Origin: Patescibacteria group bacterium | GTDB taxonomy: Bacteria; Patescibacteriota; Minisyncoccia; Minisyncoccales; GWA2-38-27 | Assembly (NCBI GenBank): GCA_018830125.1 | Contig: JAHJSY010000001.1 | Span: forward strand, 1 to 37,148 | DNA: 37,148 nucleotides | Reading direction: 5' to 3' | Shown: one piece after another, positions 1-10,280 of the stretch | Position numbering within the stretch: the stretch's first letter is position 1 | Layout of the letters: every line of letters starts with the position of its first letter | Made by a program: the position numbers and the translations under genes | The notes under the pieces: model-generated | The model's input: only the letters and a program-made list of their open reading frames with translations | Databases searched by the model: none | What the model was told of the DNA's origin: nothing

Positions 1-3
1 AAA

Positions 4-39
4 CAAAAAGTCCTTTGTGATTAAACAAAGGGCTTTTTG
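4..39 (-). terminator. Intrinsic terminator downstream of tRNA-like RNA 1
   Basis: Inverted repeat caaaaagtcctttg / caaagggctttttg with A/T tracts on both sides, directly after the RNA 3' end. Confidence 0.7.
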
Positions 40-42
40 TTG

Positions 43-115
43 TGGACCCGGCGGGAGTTGCACCCGCTTCGCTGGGTGTCAACACCAGCTTGTTAACTAA
101 ATACAATACGGGCCC
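43..115 (-). ncRNA. tRNA-like RNA 1 (73 nt, tRNA-Ala identity G3-U70/A73, non-canonical loops)
   Basis: Acceptor GGGCCCG/CGGGUCC-A; D stem UUGU/ACAA; GCUGG/CCAGC arm; T arm GCGGG-UGCAACU-CCCGC; TATAAT at 132-137 (minus). Confidence 0.75.
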
Positions 116-140
116 ACGGATCCACGCATTTATTATAAAA

Positions 141-218
141 CAAAAAAGAGCTTCTTAAAAGAAGATCTTTTTTGTGACACCCAGCTTGTAGGCTCGTATT
201 GTACGAACATACTAGTGT
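141..218 (-). ncRNA. Small RNA complementary to the 5' half of tRNA-like RNA 1, ending in a terminator hairpin (141-174)
   Basis: Consensus promoter upstream; 218-188 pairs with 117-82 (24 WC + 3 G-U); terminal hairpin caaaaaagagcttctt/aagaagatcttttttg. Confidence 0.65.
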
Positions 219-224
219 ACTTGA

Positions 225-252
225 ATTATAGCAAACCATACTCCTTTGTCAA
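225..252 (-). promoter_or_regulatory. sigma70 promoter TTGACA-16-TATAAT with extended -10 (TGn)
   Basis: Minus strand reads TTGACA AAGGAGTATGGTTTGC TATAAT. Confidence 0.75.
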
Positions 253-260
253 GAGAAGGA

Positions 261-289
261 TTGACATTGTGTTTGATTTTTGTTAAACT
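261..289 (+). promoter_or_regulatory. str operon promoter TTGACA-17-TAAACT
   Basis: ttgaca 261-266, tg-t-taaact 281-289; divergent from the promoter at 225-252. Confidence 0.7.
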
Positions 290-324
290 TCTTAGTAAGC
301 ATTTTATATGCTAACTTTTTAATT

Positions 325-738
325 ATGTCAACGATACATCAACTAGTAAAACATAAAAGAGTAAGCAAGAAAAAGAAAAGCAAAACACCTGCTTTGACTT
401 TTAGTTTCAATGTTTTAAAGAATAGACCGAAGAGATATAACTCTCCCTTTAAGAGGGGTGTTTGTCTTAGAGTTTTTACTGTTACTCCTAAAAAACCTAA
501 TTCTGCTTTGAGAAAAGTAGCTAGAGTTAGATTAACTAATGGAATGGAAGTATCGGCCTATATTCCTGGCGAAGGGCACAATCTTCAAGAGCATTCAGTT
601 ATTATGTTAAGAGGTGGAAGAGTAAGAGATTTACCAGGAGTAAGATATCATGTTGTTAGAGGAGTTTTAGATACGGGGGGGGTTGAAGGCAGAAAACAAG
701 GTAGAAGCAAATACGGAACTAAAAAAGCTAAGACATAA
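325..738 (+). CDS. rpsL: 30S ribosomal protein S12
   Basis: [40 protein letters not shown]; start moved to ATG 325 (MSTIHQLV). Confidence 0.99.
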   Translation: MSTIHQLVKHKRVSKKKKSKTPALTFSFNVLKNRPKRYNSPFKRGVCLRVFTVTPKKPNSALRKVARVRLTNGMEVSAYIPGEGHNLQEHSVIMLRGGRVRDLPGVRYHVVRGVLDTGGVEGRKQGRSKYGTKKAKT

Positions 739-845
739 TGCAAATATACAAATGAAATGCAAATCTACAAAAATGCCAATAATACTAAATAATGCGAATT
801 CGCATTTTCGCATCATTGGCATAAGATTCGTAGATTAGCGTTATA
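735..845. repeat. Hairpin of degenerate ATGCRAAT / ATTCGYAT short repeats (family A)
   Basis: Tandem atgcaaat/atgccaat/atgcgaat units mirrored by attcgcat/attggcat/attcgtag; ends match 10895-11006. Confidence 0.7.
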
Positions 846-850
846 AATAT

Positions 851-1312
851 ATGAAAAGTTTTAAGAAACATCCAGTATCACCCGATCCATTATATAACAA
901 CGAAACAGTTTCCAAGTTTATTAATCAGATCATGAAAGAGGGTAAAAAAACAATAGCCAGAAAGATTGTTTATGGCGCCTTTGAGATTATGAAGGAAAAA
1001 ACAAAGAAAGATCCTTTGGATGTTTTTGAAATAGCTCTAGAGAACGCTTCACCTAGAATTGAGGTAAAATCAAAAAGAGTTGGAGGGGCCACTTATCAGG
1101 TTCCAATTGAAGTAAAAGGGAACAGAAAGATGGCTTTAGCAATGAGATGGATTCTTTTAGGAGCTAAAGCTAAAAAAGGAAAAGCAATGAGAGAAAAGTT
1201 GGCCGATGAGTTAATGGACGCTGCTAACGATACTGGTTGGGCTATTAAGAAGAAATCAGATACTCATCGCATGGCCGAAGCCAACCGAGCCTTCGCCCAC
1301 TTCGCTTGGTAA
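851..1312 (+). CDS. rpsG: 30S ribosomal protein S7
   Basis: [23 protein letters not shown]. Confidence 0.99.
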   Translation: MKSFKKHPVSPDPLYNNETVSKFINQIMKEGKKTIARKIVYGAFEIMKEKTKKDPLDVFEIALENASPRIEVKSKRVGGATYQVPIEVKGNRKMALAMRWILLGAKAKKGKAMREKLADELMDAANDTGWAIKKKSDTHRMAEANRAFAHFAW

Positions 1313-1323
1313 CTTAAAATATT

Positions 1324-3432
1324 ATGCCTAGAGAATATCCAATTGAAAAAACAAGAGATATTGGGATTATTGCCCATATTGATGCTGGAAAAACAACAGT
1401 TTCCGAGCGTGTTTTATTTTATACCGGAATTTCTCATAAGATTGGTGAGGTTCATGATGGAGGAGCTATTATGGATTGGATGGAACAAGAAAGAGAAAGA
1501 GGTATTACTATTACTTCTGCAGCCACAACTTGTTTTTGGACACCAAGTCAGTTTACTGGAGATAAAACTAAGAAATATAGGATTAATATTATTGATACTC
1601 CAGGTCATATTGACTTTACTGCTGAAGTCCAAAGATCTCTAAGGGTTTTAGACGGAGCAGTTGTTGTTTTTGACGGAGTGGCCGGCGTAGAACCACAATC
1701 AGAAACTGTTTGGCGCCAAGCCGATAAGTTTAAAGTCCCAAGAATTTGCTTTATTAATAAACTAGATAGAACTGGAGCTAGTTTTGAAAAGAGTTTTCAA
1801 TCAATATTAGATAAGCTTACGCCTAATGCTATTACTATGCAGTTGCCTATTGGTTTAGAACAAGAGCATAAAGGGGTTGTTGATTTATTAAAAATGAAAG
1901 CCATTATGTTTGATGGTGATTTCGGTCAAATTATCAGAGAAGAGGAAATTCCAGAAAATATGAAAAAAGATGCTAAGAAGTGGAGAGATAAAATGATTGA
2001 AAAGATCGTTGCTGAAGATGATTCAGCAATGGAGAAATATTTAGGCGGAGAAGAAGTTCCAATGGAAAAATTAAAAGAAGTTTTGAGAAAAGCGGTTATT
2101 GATTATAAACTGGTACCAGTATTTTGTGGCTCTGCTCTTAAGAATAAGGGGGTTCAACCAATGCTAGATGCTGTTTGTGATTATCTTCCAAGCCCGATTG
2201 ATATGCCAGCTATTAAAGGAATTAATCCAAAAACAGGAGAAGAAACCGAAGAAAGGAGAGCCGATGATAGCGAAAAGTTTTCAGCTTTAGCTTTTAAGGT
2301 TGCTACAGATCCTTTCGTTGGAGCTCTTACTTATTTCCGAGTTTATTCTGGAACCTTGATTTCTGGTTCTTATCTTTTGAACCCGAGAACAGGCGATAAA
2401 GAAAGAATTGGTCGTATTTTAAGAATGCATTCAGCTGAAAGAGAAGAGGTGAAAGAGGTTTACACTGGAGATATTGCTGCCACAGTCGGTCTTAAAAATA
2501 CTAGAACAGGAGATACTTTATGTGATGAAACAGCTTCAGTTATTCTTGAGCAAATTATTTTTCCAGAACCAGTTATTGGTATTAGAATTGAGCCACAATC
2601 AAAAGCCGATCAAGAAAAAATGGGCTTGGCTCTTAAAAGGTTATCAGAAGAAGATCCTACTTTTAGAATTAAGAGTGATATAGAAACAGGTGAAACTATT
2701 ATCTCAGGAATGGGCGAGCTTCATTTAGAGGTTCTAGTTGATAGAATGAAAAGAGAGTTTAAAGTAGAGGCCTCTGTTGGCCGTCCTCAAGTTGCCTATA
2801 AAGAAACTATTAAAGAAGAAGCCCAAGCAGAAGGTAAGTTTATTAAACAATCGGGTGGTCGAGGTCAGTATGGTCATGTAATGTTAAAAGTTAAACCCTT
2901 AGAGAGAGGTAAGGGTTTTGTTTTTAACGATGAAATTAAGGGAGGATCTATTCCTAAGGAATATATCCCAGCTGTTGAAAAAGGTATTAAAGAGGCGATG
3001 AGTAAAGGTGTTGTTGCTGGATATTTAATGATGGATATTGAAGTAACTCTCTATGATGGATCTTTTCACGAAGTTGACTCTTCTGAAAATGCTTTTAAAA
3101 TTGCTGGTTCTATGGCTTTCCAAGAAGCAGCTAAAAGAGCTAAGGCTGTTATATTAGAGCCAATTATGAAATTAGAAGTTATTATTCCGTCAGATTTCTT
3201 TGGAGATGTTATTGGAGATTTATCTTCTAGAAGAGGAAAAATTGGCCAAACAGACGATAGAAATAATTTAAAGATTATTGATGCTACCATCCCATTAGCT
3301 CAAATGTTTGGTTATGCTACAACATTGAGATCATTAACAGAAGGAAGAGGAAACTTTACTATGGAATTTGATAAGTATGAAGAAGTCCCCGGAAACATCG
3401 CCCAAGAAATCATAGAAGGCAAGCGAAGATAA
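1324..3432 (+). CDS. fusA: Elongation factor G
   Basis: [34 protein letters not shown]. Confidence 0.99.
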   Translation: MPREYPIEKTRDIGIIAHIDAGKTTVSERVLFYTGISHKIGEVHDGGAIMDWMEQERERGITITSAATTCFWTPSQFTGDKTKKYRINIIDTPGHIDFTAEVQRSLRVLDGAVVVFDGVAGVEPQSETVWRQADKFKVPRICFINKLDRTGASFEKSFQSILDKLTPNAITMQLPIGLEQEHKGVVDLLKMKAIMFDGDFGQIIREEEIPENMKKDAKKWRDKMIEKIVAEDDSAMEKYLGGEEVPMEKLKEVLRKAVIDYKLVPVFCGSALKNKGVQPMLDAVCDYLPSPIDMPAIKGINPKTGEETEERRADDSEKFSALAFKVATDPFVGALTYFRVYSGTLISGSYLLNPRTGDKERIGRILRMHSAEREEVKEVYTGDIAATVGLKNTRTGDTLCDETASVILEQIIFPEPVIGIRIEPQSKADQEKMGLALKRLSEEDPTFRIKSDIETGETIISGMGELHLEVLVDRMKREFKVEASVGRPQVAYKETIKEEAQAEGKFIKQSGGRGQYGHVMLKVKPLERGKGFVFNDEIKGGSIPKEYIPAVEKGIKEAMSKGVVAGYLMMDIEVTLYDGSFHEVDSSENAFKIAGSMAFQEAAKRAKAVILEPIMKLEVIIPSDFFGDVIGDLSSRRGKIGQTDDRNNLKIIDATIPLAQMFGYATTLRSLTEGRGNFTMEFDKYEEVPGNIAQEIIEGKRR

Positions 3433-3437
3433 AAGTG

Positions 3438-3466
3438 TTGACAAGTTTAATTTAATTGGTTAAGAT
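3438..3466 (+). promoter_or_regulatory. Internal tuf promoter TTGACA-17-TAAGAT
   Basis: ttgaca 3438-3443, taagat 3461-3466. Confidence 0.6.
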
Positions 3467-3515
3467 ACTAGATATAATAAAAAAACAATTAATAACAAAT
3501 AATAATAATAAAATT

Positions 3516-4715
3516 ATGGCAGAAAAAGCAAAATTTGAAAGAGGGAAACCTCATGTAAATGTTGGTACTATTGGTCATGTTGATCATGGTAAAACTACTC
3601 TAACCGCAGCAATACTGCATGCTTTGGTTTTGAAAGGATTGATTTCAGCTGAGAAAGCTGTTGATCAAATTGATTCAGCTCCTGAAGAAAAAGCTAGGGG
3701 TCTTACAATTTCTGTTTCTCATTTAGAGTACGAATCAGAAAATAGACATTATGCCCACATTGATTGTCCAGGACATGCTGATTATATTAAAAATATGATT
3801 ACTGGAGCTGCTCAAATGGATGGGGCAATTTTAGTTGTATCAGGCCCTGACGGTCCCATGCCTCAAACAAGAGAACATATCTTACTTGCTAGACAAGTTG
3901 GTATTCCTTCAGTTATCGTTTTCTTAAACAAAACTGATCAAGTTGATGATTCAGAAATTCTTGAATTAGTAGAATCAGAAATTAGAGAATTATTAAACAA
4001 ATATGAATTCCCTGGGAATGAAACTCCAATTGTTAGAGGATCAGCTTTGAAGGCATTAGCGGCAACATCAGTTGACGACGAAGCTATTAAACCAATCTTA
4101 GAATTAGTTAAAGCATTAGATGAATTTATTCCAGAACCAGTTAGAGATATTGACAAGCCATTCTTAATGGCCGTTGAAGATGTTTTCTCAATTGAAGGAA
4201 GAGGAACTGTTGCTACTGGAAGAATTGAAAGAGGAGCTGTTAACGCCAACGAAGAAGTAGAAATAGTCGGTATTAAAGATACTACTAAAACAACTGCTGT
4301 TAGTGTTGAGATGTTTAACAAGATTCTTGATAGAGGTGAAGCTGGTGATAATGTTGGTATTCTTTTAAGAGGAACTAAGAAAGAAGATATTGAAAGAGGA
4401 CAAGTTTTAGCTAAACCATGTTCAATTACGCCGCATACTGAATTTGAGACTGAGATCTATGTTCTTACTAAAGAAGAAGGTGGAAGACACACACCATTTT
4501 TTAAGGGATATAAGCCACAGTTCTATATCAGAACTACCGATGTAACTGGAGATGTGGAATTACCAGAAGGAACAGAAATGGTTATGCCTGGTGACACAGT
4601 TACCTTAAAAGTTAAATTAATTGTTCCTGTTGCTTTAGAAGAAAAACAAAGATTTGCTATCAGAGAAGGAGGAAGAACAGTTGGTGCAGGAGTTGTAACA
4701 AAAATTATCAAGTAA
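3516..4715 (+). CDS. tuf: Elongation factor Tu
   Basis: [40 protein letters not shown]; start at ATG 3516 (MAEKAKFER). Confidence 0.99.
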   Translation: MAEKAKFERGKPHVNVGTIGHVDHGKTTLTAAILHALVLKGLISAEKAVDQIDSAPEEKARGLTISVSHLEYESENRHYAHIDCPGHADYIKNMITGAAQMDGAILVVSGPDGPMPQTREHILLARQVGIPSVIVFLNKTDQVDDSEILELVESEIRELLNKYEFPGNETPIVRGSALKALAATSVDDEAIKPILELVKALDEFIPEPVRDIDKPFLMAVEDVFSIEGRGTVATGRIERGAVNANEEVEIVGIKDTTKTTAVSVEMFNKILDRGEAGDNVGILLRGTKKEDIERGQVLAKPCSITPHTEFETEIYVLTKEEGGRHTPFFKGYKPQFYIRTTDVTGDVELPEGTEMVMPGDTVTLKVKLIVPVALEEKQRFAIREGGRTVGAGVVTKIIK

Positions 4716-4768
4716 ATAAGACAAGAACCAGCCCCGCTTAGCGGGGTTGATTCATTAAAAATAGAAAG

Positions 4769-5113
4769 ATGTCAACGAAGGTCATAAAGAAAGAAAAAGA
4801 ACCAGAGCTTAAGCAAAGATTAAGAATAAAGCTTAGGGCTTATGATTATAAGGTTATTGACAATAGTGCTAAGCAAATTGTTGATACGGTTTTGAGGCAT
4901 GGTGTTGAGGTTTTAGGGCCGGTGCCTTTACCTACGGAAATAAAAAAGTACACCGTCAATCGTTCATCTTTTGTTCATAAAGACGCTAGGGAACAATTTG
5001 AGATAAGAATTCACAAAAGATTGATTGATATCTTGAATCCTAACTCGAATGTTATAGACGCTTTAATGAATTTAACCCTTCCAGCGGGTGTTGACATTGA
5101 AATCAAGATGTAG
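4769..5113 (+). CDS. rpsJ: 30S ribosomal protein S10
   Basis: [32 protein letters not shown]. Confidence 0.98.
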   Translation: MSTKVIKKEKEPELKQRLRIKLRAYDYKVIDNSAKQIVDTVLRHGVEVLGPVPLPTEIKKYTVNRSSFVHKDAREQFEIRIHKRLIDILNPNSNVIDALMNLTLPAGVDIEIKM

Positions 5114-5243
5114 TAGTATACGGGAATATATTATAATAATATATTTGCACTATATCTGTCCTTATTTATTAGGGGCGTATGATATGCAAATGCTTTAGTT
5201 TCTTTGACTGGGTGTTTGCCCAGTTTTATTTTAGAAAACAGAT

Positions 5244-5825
5244 ATGAGATTTATTTTAGGTAAAAAAATAGAGATGTCACAGATTTTTGATGAAAATGGC
5301 AAGATTATCCCAGTAACTTTAGTTGAGGCTGGACCTTGTTTTGTTACTGAAATAAAAGACTTAGCTGTTCAGATTGGCTTTGAGAAATTAAGAGATAAGA
5401 AAGTGAAGATGCCACAGAAAGATAGACCATATAGATATTTGAAAGAACAAGCAACTAAAAATGCTGAAGCATTTAAGCTTGGTTCTAAGATTAGCGTTTC
5501 TGTCTTCAAAGAAGGAGATAAGGTGGTTGTATCAGGAATTACCAAAGGAAAAGGATTCCAGGGTGGAGTAAAAAAACATGGATTTCATGGAAGAAATGCC
5601 TCTCATGGTACCAAGCATGAAGAAAGAACAATTGGTTCAATTGGATCAAGGTTCCCTCAAAGAGTTATTAAGGGAAGAAAGATGCCAGGAAGAATGGGAG
5701 CTGATAGAGTTTCTGTTAAAGGATTAAAAATAATAAAAATTGATTTAAAGAATAATATCTTGGCAGTTAAGGGAGCGATTCCAGGTCATCGTGGAACATT
5801 GTTAGAAATACGTACATTAAAATAA
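5244..5825 (+). CDS. rplC: 50S ribosomal protein L3
   Basis: IPVTLVEAGP, TKGKGFQGGVKKHGF, GRKMPGRMG. Confidence 0.98.
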   Translation: MRFILGKKIEMSQIFDENGKIIPVTLVEAGPCFVTEIKDLAVQIGFEKLRDKKVKMPQKDRPYRYLKEQATKNAEAFKLGSKISVSVFKEGDKVVVSGITKGKGFQGGVKKHGFHGRNASHGTKHEERTIGSIGSRFPQRVIKGRKMPGRMGADRVSVKGLKIIKIDLKNNILAVKGAIPGHRGTLLEIRTLK

Positions 5826-5871
5826 AAGAAAAAGGCGTCTTATTTGACGCCCTTCATTCCTTCGTAAAGAA

Positions 5872-6048
5872 CTATTCAGATTTTGTTTTTTCTACTGGAA
5901 ATGCCCAAGTAAAATGAGGGCCATGAGTAGAACACTTATGTTTTGAGATTGCTATCTCTTTCGCCTCATTGTAACAACTCGTTTCCGAAACCTCTATTAT
6001 GGTTCCACAGTGTTCGCAAACAAGATTCCAATCAGTCACTTCTTCCAT
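5872..6048 (-). CDS. Orphan 58-aa Cys/His-rich (possible zinc-binding) protein, not in the ORF track
   Basis: MEEVTDWNLVCEHCGTIIEVSETSCYNEAKEIAISKHKCSTHGPHFTWAFPVEKTKSE; own promoter TTGACA-17-TATAAT (6105-6133, minus) and terminator (5829-5854). Confidence 0.65.
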   Translation of the reverse strand: MEEVTDWNLVCEHCGTIIEVSETSCYNEAKEIAISKHKCSTHGPHFTWAFPVEKTKSE

Positions 6049-6164
6049 AAAATTTCCCCGTTAAAAAACAACAATCCGTTAAACTTACACAACCTAGAAC
6101 TTCCATTATAAACCAACCAAAGACCAATGTCAAATTAAGAAGTTTAGCCCCCGAAATTAAACGA

Positions 6165-6187
6165 TGTTAGACACCTGGTGTCTAACA
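6165..6187. repeat. REP-like palindrome tgttagacacc-t-ggtgtctaaca inside a larger imperfect hairpin (~6144-6205)
   Basis: Perfect 11-bp inverted repeat; core resembles the ggtgtcgaacac repeats. Confidence 0.7.
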
Positions 6188-6238
6188 CTTAGTTTCAGGA
6201 GCCAAGCTCCTTAAGAGCTTAAAAGGATTAAAACAAAT

Positions 6239-6868
6239 ATGAAAGTTAAGGTATATAATCAAAATAAGGAAGAATTGAAAGAGATTGAATTGCCGAAAGA
6301 GATATTTGAAGTAGAAGTTAATTCCGATTTGATTCATCAGGTGGTTTTGGGTCAGCAATCAAACAGAAGACAAGGAACAGCTCAAGCCAAGATGAGAGGC
6401 GAAGTTAGTGGTGGTGGGAAAAAACCTTGGCGTCAGAAAGGAACAGGAAGAGCTAGGCACGGTTCTACTCGTTCTCCTTTATGGAAGGGCGGTGGAATCA
6501 CTTTTGGTCCTAGATCAGATAGAAATTATAAAAAAACTATTCCTACTAAAATGAGAAGAAAAGCTTTAATTATGGTTTTGTCAGCTAAAGCCAAAGAGAG
6601 TATGGTCATAGTTGTTGACAAGCTTGATTTTAATAAACCAGAAACGAAACAAATGAAAAAGGTTTTAAACACATTGTTTTTGAAAGATGGTTCAGGGATA
6701 TTGGTCTTATCTAAAATGGATAAGAATTTAATATTATCAATCAGAAATATTCCTAAAACCATGTCAATTCAAGCAAAAGATTTGAATGTTTTAGATCTAT
6801 TGAATTATAAGTATGTTGTAGTGTCAGAAGCGGGAATTAAAAAGATTAAAGATGTATTTGCGAAATAA
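6239..6868 (+). CDS. rplD: 50S ribosomal protein L4
   Basis: RGEVSGGGKKPWRQKGTGRARHGS. Confidence 0.99.
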   Translation: MKVKVYNQNKEELKEIELPKEIFEVEVNSDLIHQVVLGQQSNRRQGTAQAKMRGEVSGGGKKPWRQKGTGRARHGSTRSPLWKGGGITFGPRSDRNYKKTIPTKMRRKALIMVLSAKAKESMVIVVDKLDFNKPETKQMKKVLNTLFLKDGSGILVLSKMDKNLILSIRNIPKTMSIQAKDLNVLDLLNYKYVVVSEAGIKKIKDVFAK

Positions 6869-6869
6869 T

Positions 6870-7295
6870 ATGGCATTGTTTGATATATTTAAAAATAGAA
6901 GGAAAGAGAAAGAGATTATTCCGGCTAAAGCCAAGAAAGTAAAAAAGAAACCGGTAGAGCAAAAACCGGAAGTTAAGAATGTTAAAAAGCCAGTTGCCAA
7001 GAAAAGAGAGATTAAGATGGCCTTTAAAGTTTTGGAATCTCCGCATGTAACAGAAAAAGCTTCAGAATTAGCTGAGAAAAACAAGTATTCTTTCAAGGTC
7101 TCTAAGAGATCGAATAAAACTGAGGTTAAGAAGGCAGTTGAAGAACTATATGGAGTAAGCGTTGTTAATGTTGCCATCATTAATATTCATAGAAAGAAAA
7201 AAAGAGTTGGCAGAACGATGGGCTTTAAGAATGGTTATAAAAAAGCTATTGTTGAAATTAAAAAAGGCCAATCAATAGAGGTAATGCCTCGCTAA
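6870..7295 (+). CDS. rplW: 50S ribosomal protein L23 with Lys-rich N-terminal extension
   Basis: PHVTEKA, NKTEVKKAVEELYGV, YKKAIV; start ATG 6870. Confidence 0.95.
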   Translation: MALFDIFKNRRKEKEIIPAKAKKVKKKPVEQKPEVKNVKKPVAKKREIKMAFKVLESPHVTEKASELAEKNKYSFKVSKRSNKTEVKKAVEELYGVSVVNVAIINIHRKKKRVGRTMGFKNGYKKAIVEIKKGQSIEVMPR

Positions 7296-7305
7296 AGCTT
7301 GCTGA

Positions 7306-7336
7306 GAATCTATTGAGGTTCAACCTCAATAGATTC
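7306..7336. repeat. REP-like palindrome gaatctattgaggt-tca-acctcaatagattc
   Basis: Perfect 14-bp inverted repeat with 3-nt loop. Confidence 0.75.
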
Positions 7337-7353
7337 AATAGATTTATAAAATT

Positions 7354-8154
7354 ATGAAGAAGATAAAGATACGAGCCAAGAAAATATTAAGTAAGAAAGA
7401 ACCTGAAAAAGGATTGCTTTTGACCTTGAAATCAAGAGCTGGCAGAGGAAGATCGGGAAGAATAACTGTTCGTCATCAAGGAGGCGGAGTTAAGAAAAGA
7501 TATAGGATTACTGATTTTGATCAAAATAGAAAAGATATTCCAGCTAAGGTTCTTGCCTTAGAATATGATCCCTATAGAACAGCTTTTATAATGTTATTAG
7601 AATATGAAAATGGGGAGAAGAGATATAGATTAGCTCCAGACAAGATTAAAGTTGGCGATACTGTTATTTGTTCTGAAAAAACAGAAATGAAAATAGGCAA
7701 CAGGATGAAAGTTAGCAATATTCCGGTTGGAACATTGATATATAATATTGAATTAGTTCCTGGAGAAGGAGGCAAAATGGTTAGATCGGCCGGAGGAACA
7801 GCTAAGGTCTTGGCTAATGAGGGAAAGTATACTAATCTAGAAATGCCGTCGGGAGAGGTTAGAAGAGTTTTTCAGGATTGTTATGCTTCAATAGGAATGG
7901 TTTCTCATCCAGAATGGAGGTATACTAATGTTGGGAAGGCTGGCAGCAAAAGAAGAAAAGGCATAAGGCCAAGGGTTAGAGGAACGGCTATGAATCCAGT
8001 TGATCATCCTCACGGAGGAGGAGAAGGACGTTCAGGAATTGGAATGAAACATCCAAAAACTCCTTGGGGCAAACCAGCTCTAGGTGTTAAGACTAGGAAT
8101 AAGAAAAAATGGACAAAGAAACTAATAATCCAAAGACGTAAAAAGAAAAATTAA
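7354..8154 (+). CDS. rplB: 50S ribosomal protein L2
   Basis: [38 protein letters not shown]. Confidence 0.99.
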   Translation: MKKIKIRAKKILSKKEPEKGLLLTLKSRAGRGRSGRITVRHQGGGVKKRYRITDFDQNRKDIPAKVLALEYDPYRTAFIMLLEYENGEKRYRLAPDKIKVGDTVICSEKTEMKIGNRMKVSNIPVGTLIYNIELVPGEGGKMVRSAGGTAKVLANEGKYTNLEMPSGEVRRVFQDCYASIGMVSHPEWRYTNVGKAGSKRRKGIRPRVRGTAMNPVDHPHGGGEGRSGIGMKHPKTPWGKPALGVKTRNKKKWTKKLIIQRRKKKN

Positions 8155-8156
8155 TT

Positions 8157-8435
8157 ATGTCAAGAAGTGTTAAGAAAGGTCCTTATGTGGATCAAAAATT
8201 ATTGAAAAAGATCGAAAAGGCTGATCAAAATCAGGCGATAAAGACTTGGTCAAGATCTTGTACAATTATTCCAGAAATGATTGGCTATACTTTCGGAATT
8301 CATAATGGTAAAGACCATATTCCAGTAAAGATGACTGAGGAAATGGTTGGCCATAAGTTGGGTGAGTTTTCTCCAACAACTAAATTTGTTAGACATGGTG
8401 GAAAGATGCAAAAGGACATAGATAAAAAGAAATAA
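8157..8435 (+). CDS. rpsS: 30S ribosomal protein S19
   Basis: [29 protein letters not shown]. Confidence 0.99.
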   Translation: MSRSVKKGPYVDQKLLKKIEKADQNQAIKTWSRSCTIIPEMIGYTFGIHNGKDHIPVKMTEEMVGHKLGEFSPTTKFVRHGGKMQKDIDKKK

Positions 8436-8443
8436 AATAGATT

Positions 8444-8947
8444 ATGTTAGTAAGAAGTGAATTAAAATATTTAAGAATTGCACCAAGAAAGACCAGATTG
8501 GTTATAGCTCTGATTAATGGCAAGAAAGTTGAGGAAGCTCAGACTATTTTGAAGTTTGCAATTAAAAGAGGGGTTAATCCAATATTGAAACTTTTAAATA
8601 CTGCTATCGCCGATGCTAAGAATAATTTTCAGTTAGACCCAAGTAATTTATATATTTCAAAAATAAATATTGACGGCGGACCAATGTATAAAAGATGGAG
8701 AGCTAGATCAAGAGGGATGGCCGCTCCAATCCAAAAGAGAACTTCTCATATTACGATAGTTTTAGACGAATTAAAACCTGGCAAGAAGATTGAGAAAGTT
8801 GAGAAAGTTGAGACACCGATTATTAAGAAAGAAGAAGTCAAAACAGAAAAGCCGAAATTTAAACCAGTAGCTGAAAAGCATCCGCCAGTTGGCGGACCTA
8901 AAGAGGTTAGAGGATTGAAAAGGTTTTTTAGAAGAAAATCAATATAA
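8444..8947 (+). CDS. rplV: 50S ribosomal protein L22 with C-terminal extension
   Basis: RIAPRKTRLV, RARSRGMA, KRTSHITIV. Confidence 0.97.
   Translation: MLVRSELKYLRIAPRKTRLVIALINGKKVEEAQTILKFAIKRGVNPILKLLNTAIADAKNNFQLDPSNLYISKINIDGGPMYKRWRARSRGMAAPIQKRTSHITIVLDELKPGKKIEKVEKVETPIIKKEEVKTEKPKFKPVAEKHPPVGGPKEVRGLKRFFRRKSI
8881..8896. repeat. In-frame palindrome TCCGCCAGTTGGCGGA in rplV (PPVGG)
   Basis: One mismatch to the copies at 10424 and 30824. Confidence 0.8.
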
Positions 8948-8949
8948 AT

Positions 8950-9603
8950 ATGTCACATAAGGTTCATCCAAAAGCATATAGAATTAGAAGAATAGGCGAC
9001 TGGGATACTCGTGGTTTTTATAAATCTCATGCAGAATATCTGGAAGAGGATTTTAAGATTAGAGAATATATTGATAAAAAGCTTAAGAGTATTGGCATAG
9101 AGAAGATTGAGATAGAAAGATTTGCTACAAAGGTTAATATTATTATTTCTAGTGCTCGCCCAGGATTGATCATTGGAAGAGGCGGAGAAGGAGTAGAGTT
9201 ATTAAAAAAAGAATTAGAAGATAAAATTATTAAATCATTAAAGAAAAGTGATAAAAAGCAAGAATTAAGAATAGAAATTAGAGAAATAAAAGATCTTTGG
9301 ACTTCAGCTAGCTTAAGTGCTCAAGCAGTTGCTCAGCAAATTGAAAAGAGGATGCCTTACAGAAGAGTTTTGAAACAGTCATTAAGTAAGATTATGACCC
9401 ACAAAGATATTAAAGGAGCCAGAATAAAAATTGCCGGGAGATTAAATGGAGTGGAAATTGCCAGAAGAGAATGGGTTGGAGAAGGACAACTTCCTCGTCA
9501 AACAATTAGAGCTGATATTGATTATGCGCAGTTTGAAGCGAATTGTTCTTATGGGGTAATTGGAGTAAAGGTTTGGATTTATAAAGGAGAGAAGTTTGAT
9601 TAA
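8950..9603 (+). CDS. rpsC: 30S ribosomal protein S3
   Basis: MSHKVHP, ARPGLIIGRGG, IAGRLNGVEIAR, YGVIGVKVWIY. Confidence 0.99.
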   Translation: MSHKVHPKAYRIRRIGDWDTRGFYKSHAEYLEEDFKIREYIDKKLKSIGIEKIEIERFATKVNIIISSARPGLIIGRGGEGVELLKKELEDKIIKSLKKSDKKQELRIEIREIKDLWTSASLSAQAVAQQIEKRMPYRRVLKQSLSKIMTHKDIKGARIKIAGRLNGVEIARREWVGEGQLPRQTIRADIDYAQFEANCSYGVIGVKVWIYKGEKFD

Positions 9604-9608
9604 AAATT

Positions 9609-10016
9609 ATGTTACAGCCAAAGAAAACAAAACATAGAAAACAGTTTGTCGGAACAGGCAAGAAAGGAATTGATCAGAAATCAAATACCATTGCTTTCGG
9701 TAGTTACGGTTTAAAAGCGATTGCTGAAAAATGGGTTAATTCTCGTCAAATTGAAGCATCTAGAAAAGCTATTGTTAGATATTTAAGAAAGGGAGGCAAG
9801 CTTTGGATTAGAATTTTCCCCGATAAACCGATTAGCAGAAAAGGAACAGAAGTGCCGATGGGAGGCGGAAAAGGAGCAGTTGAGTTTTATGTTTTTCCAG
9901 TAAGACCAGGCAGAATTCTATTTGAGTTAGAAGGAATTCCAGAAAGTCAAGCTAGGGAGGCTTTTAAAAAAGCTGGAGACAAGTTGCCACTTAAAACAAA
10001 ATTCATTAAAAGATAA
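9609..10016 (+). CDS. rplP: 50S ribosomal protein L16
   Basis: MLQPKKTKHRK, LWIRIFPDKP, MGGGKG. Confidence 0.99.
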   Translation: MLQPKKTKHRKQFVGTGKKGIDQKSNTIAFGSYGLKAIAEKWVNSRQIEASRKAIVRYLRKGGKLWIRIFPDKPISRKGTEVPMGGGKGAVEFYVFPVRPGRILFELEGIPESQAREAFKKAGDKLPLKTKFIKR

Positions 10017-10017
10017 T

Positions 10018-10206
10018 ATGAAAGCTAAAGAATTAAAACAAAAGAATGAAAAAGAATTGCAAAAATTACTGCAAGAAGATAGAGAAAAATTAAGACAGCT
10101 TAAATTTGACTTATCGGCTGGAAAAGTTAAAAATGTTAGAGAAATACGTAAAATAAAGAAAGACATTGCCAGAATAATGACAATACTAAACATAAAAAAT
10201 AAGTAA
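10018..10206 (+). CDS. rpmC: 50S ribosomal protein L29
   Basis: MKAKELK, IRKIKKDIARIMT; position in operon. Confidence 0.96.
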   Translation: MKAKELKQKNEKELQKLLQEDREKLRQLKFDLSAGKVKNVREIRKIKKDIARIMTILNIKNK

Positions 10207-10216
10207 TTAATAGTGT

Positions 10217-10262
10217 TTGCATAAGTCGGACTTATGCAAGCCTGACATAAGTCCGACTTATG
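10217..10262. repeat. Inverted pair of REP-like palindromes cataagt-cgg-acttatg / cataagt-ccg-acttatg
   Basis: Two palindromes that are reverse complements of each other, between rpmC and rpsQ. Confidence 0.75.
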
Positions 10263-10280
10263 CAGGTTTATGCAAATAAT

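Noticed and set aside
43-115. Canonical tRNA-Ser(UGA) or tRNA-Ala call
   Set aside because: The loop has G32 and C37, there is no D-loop GG and no long variable arm, and the acceptor identity (Ala) conflicts with the apparent UGA anticodon
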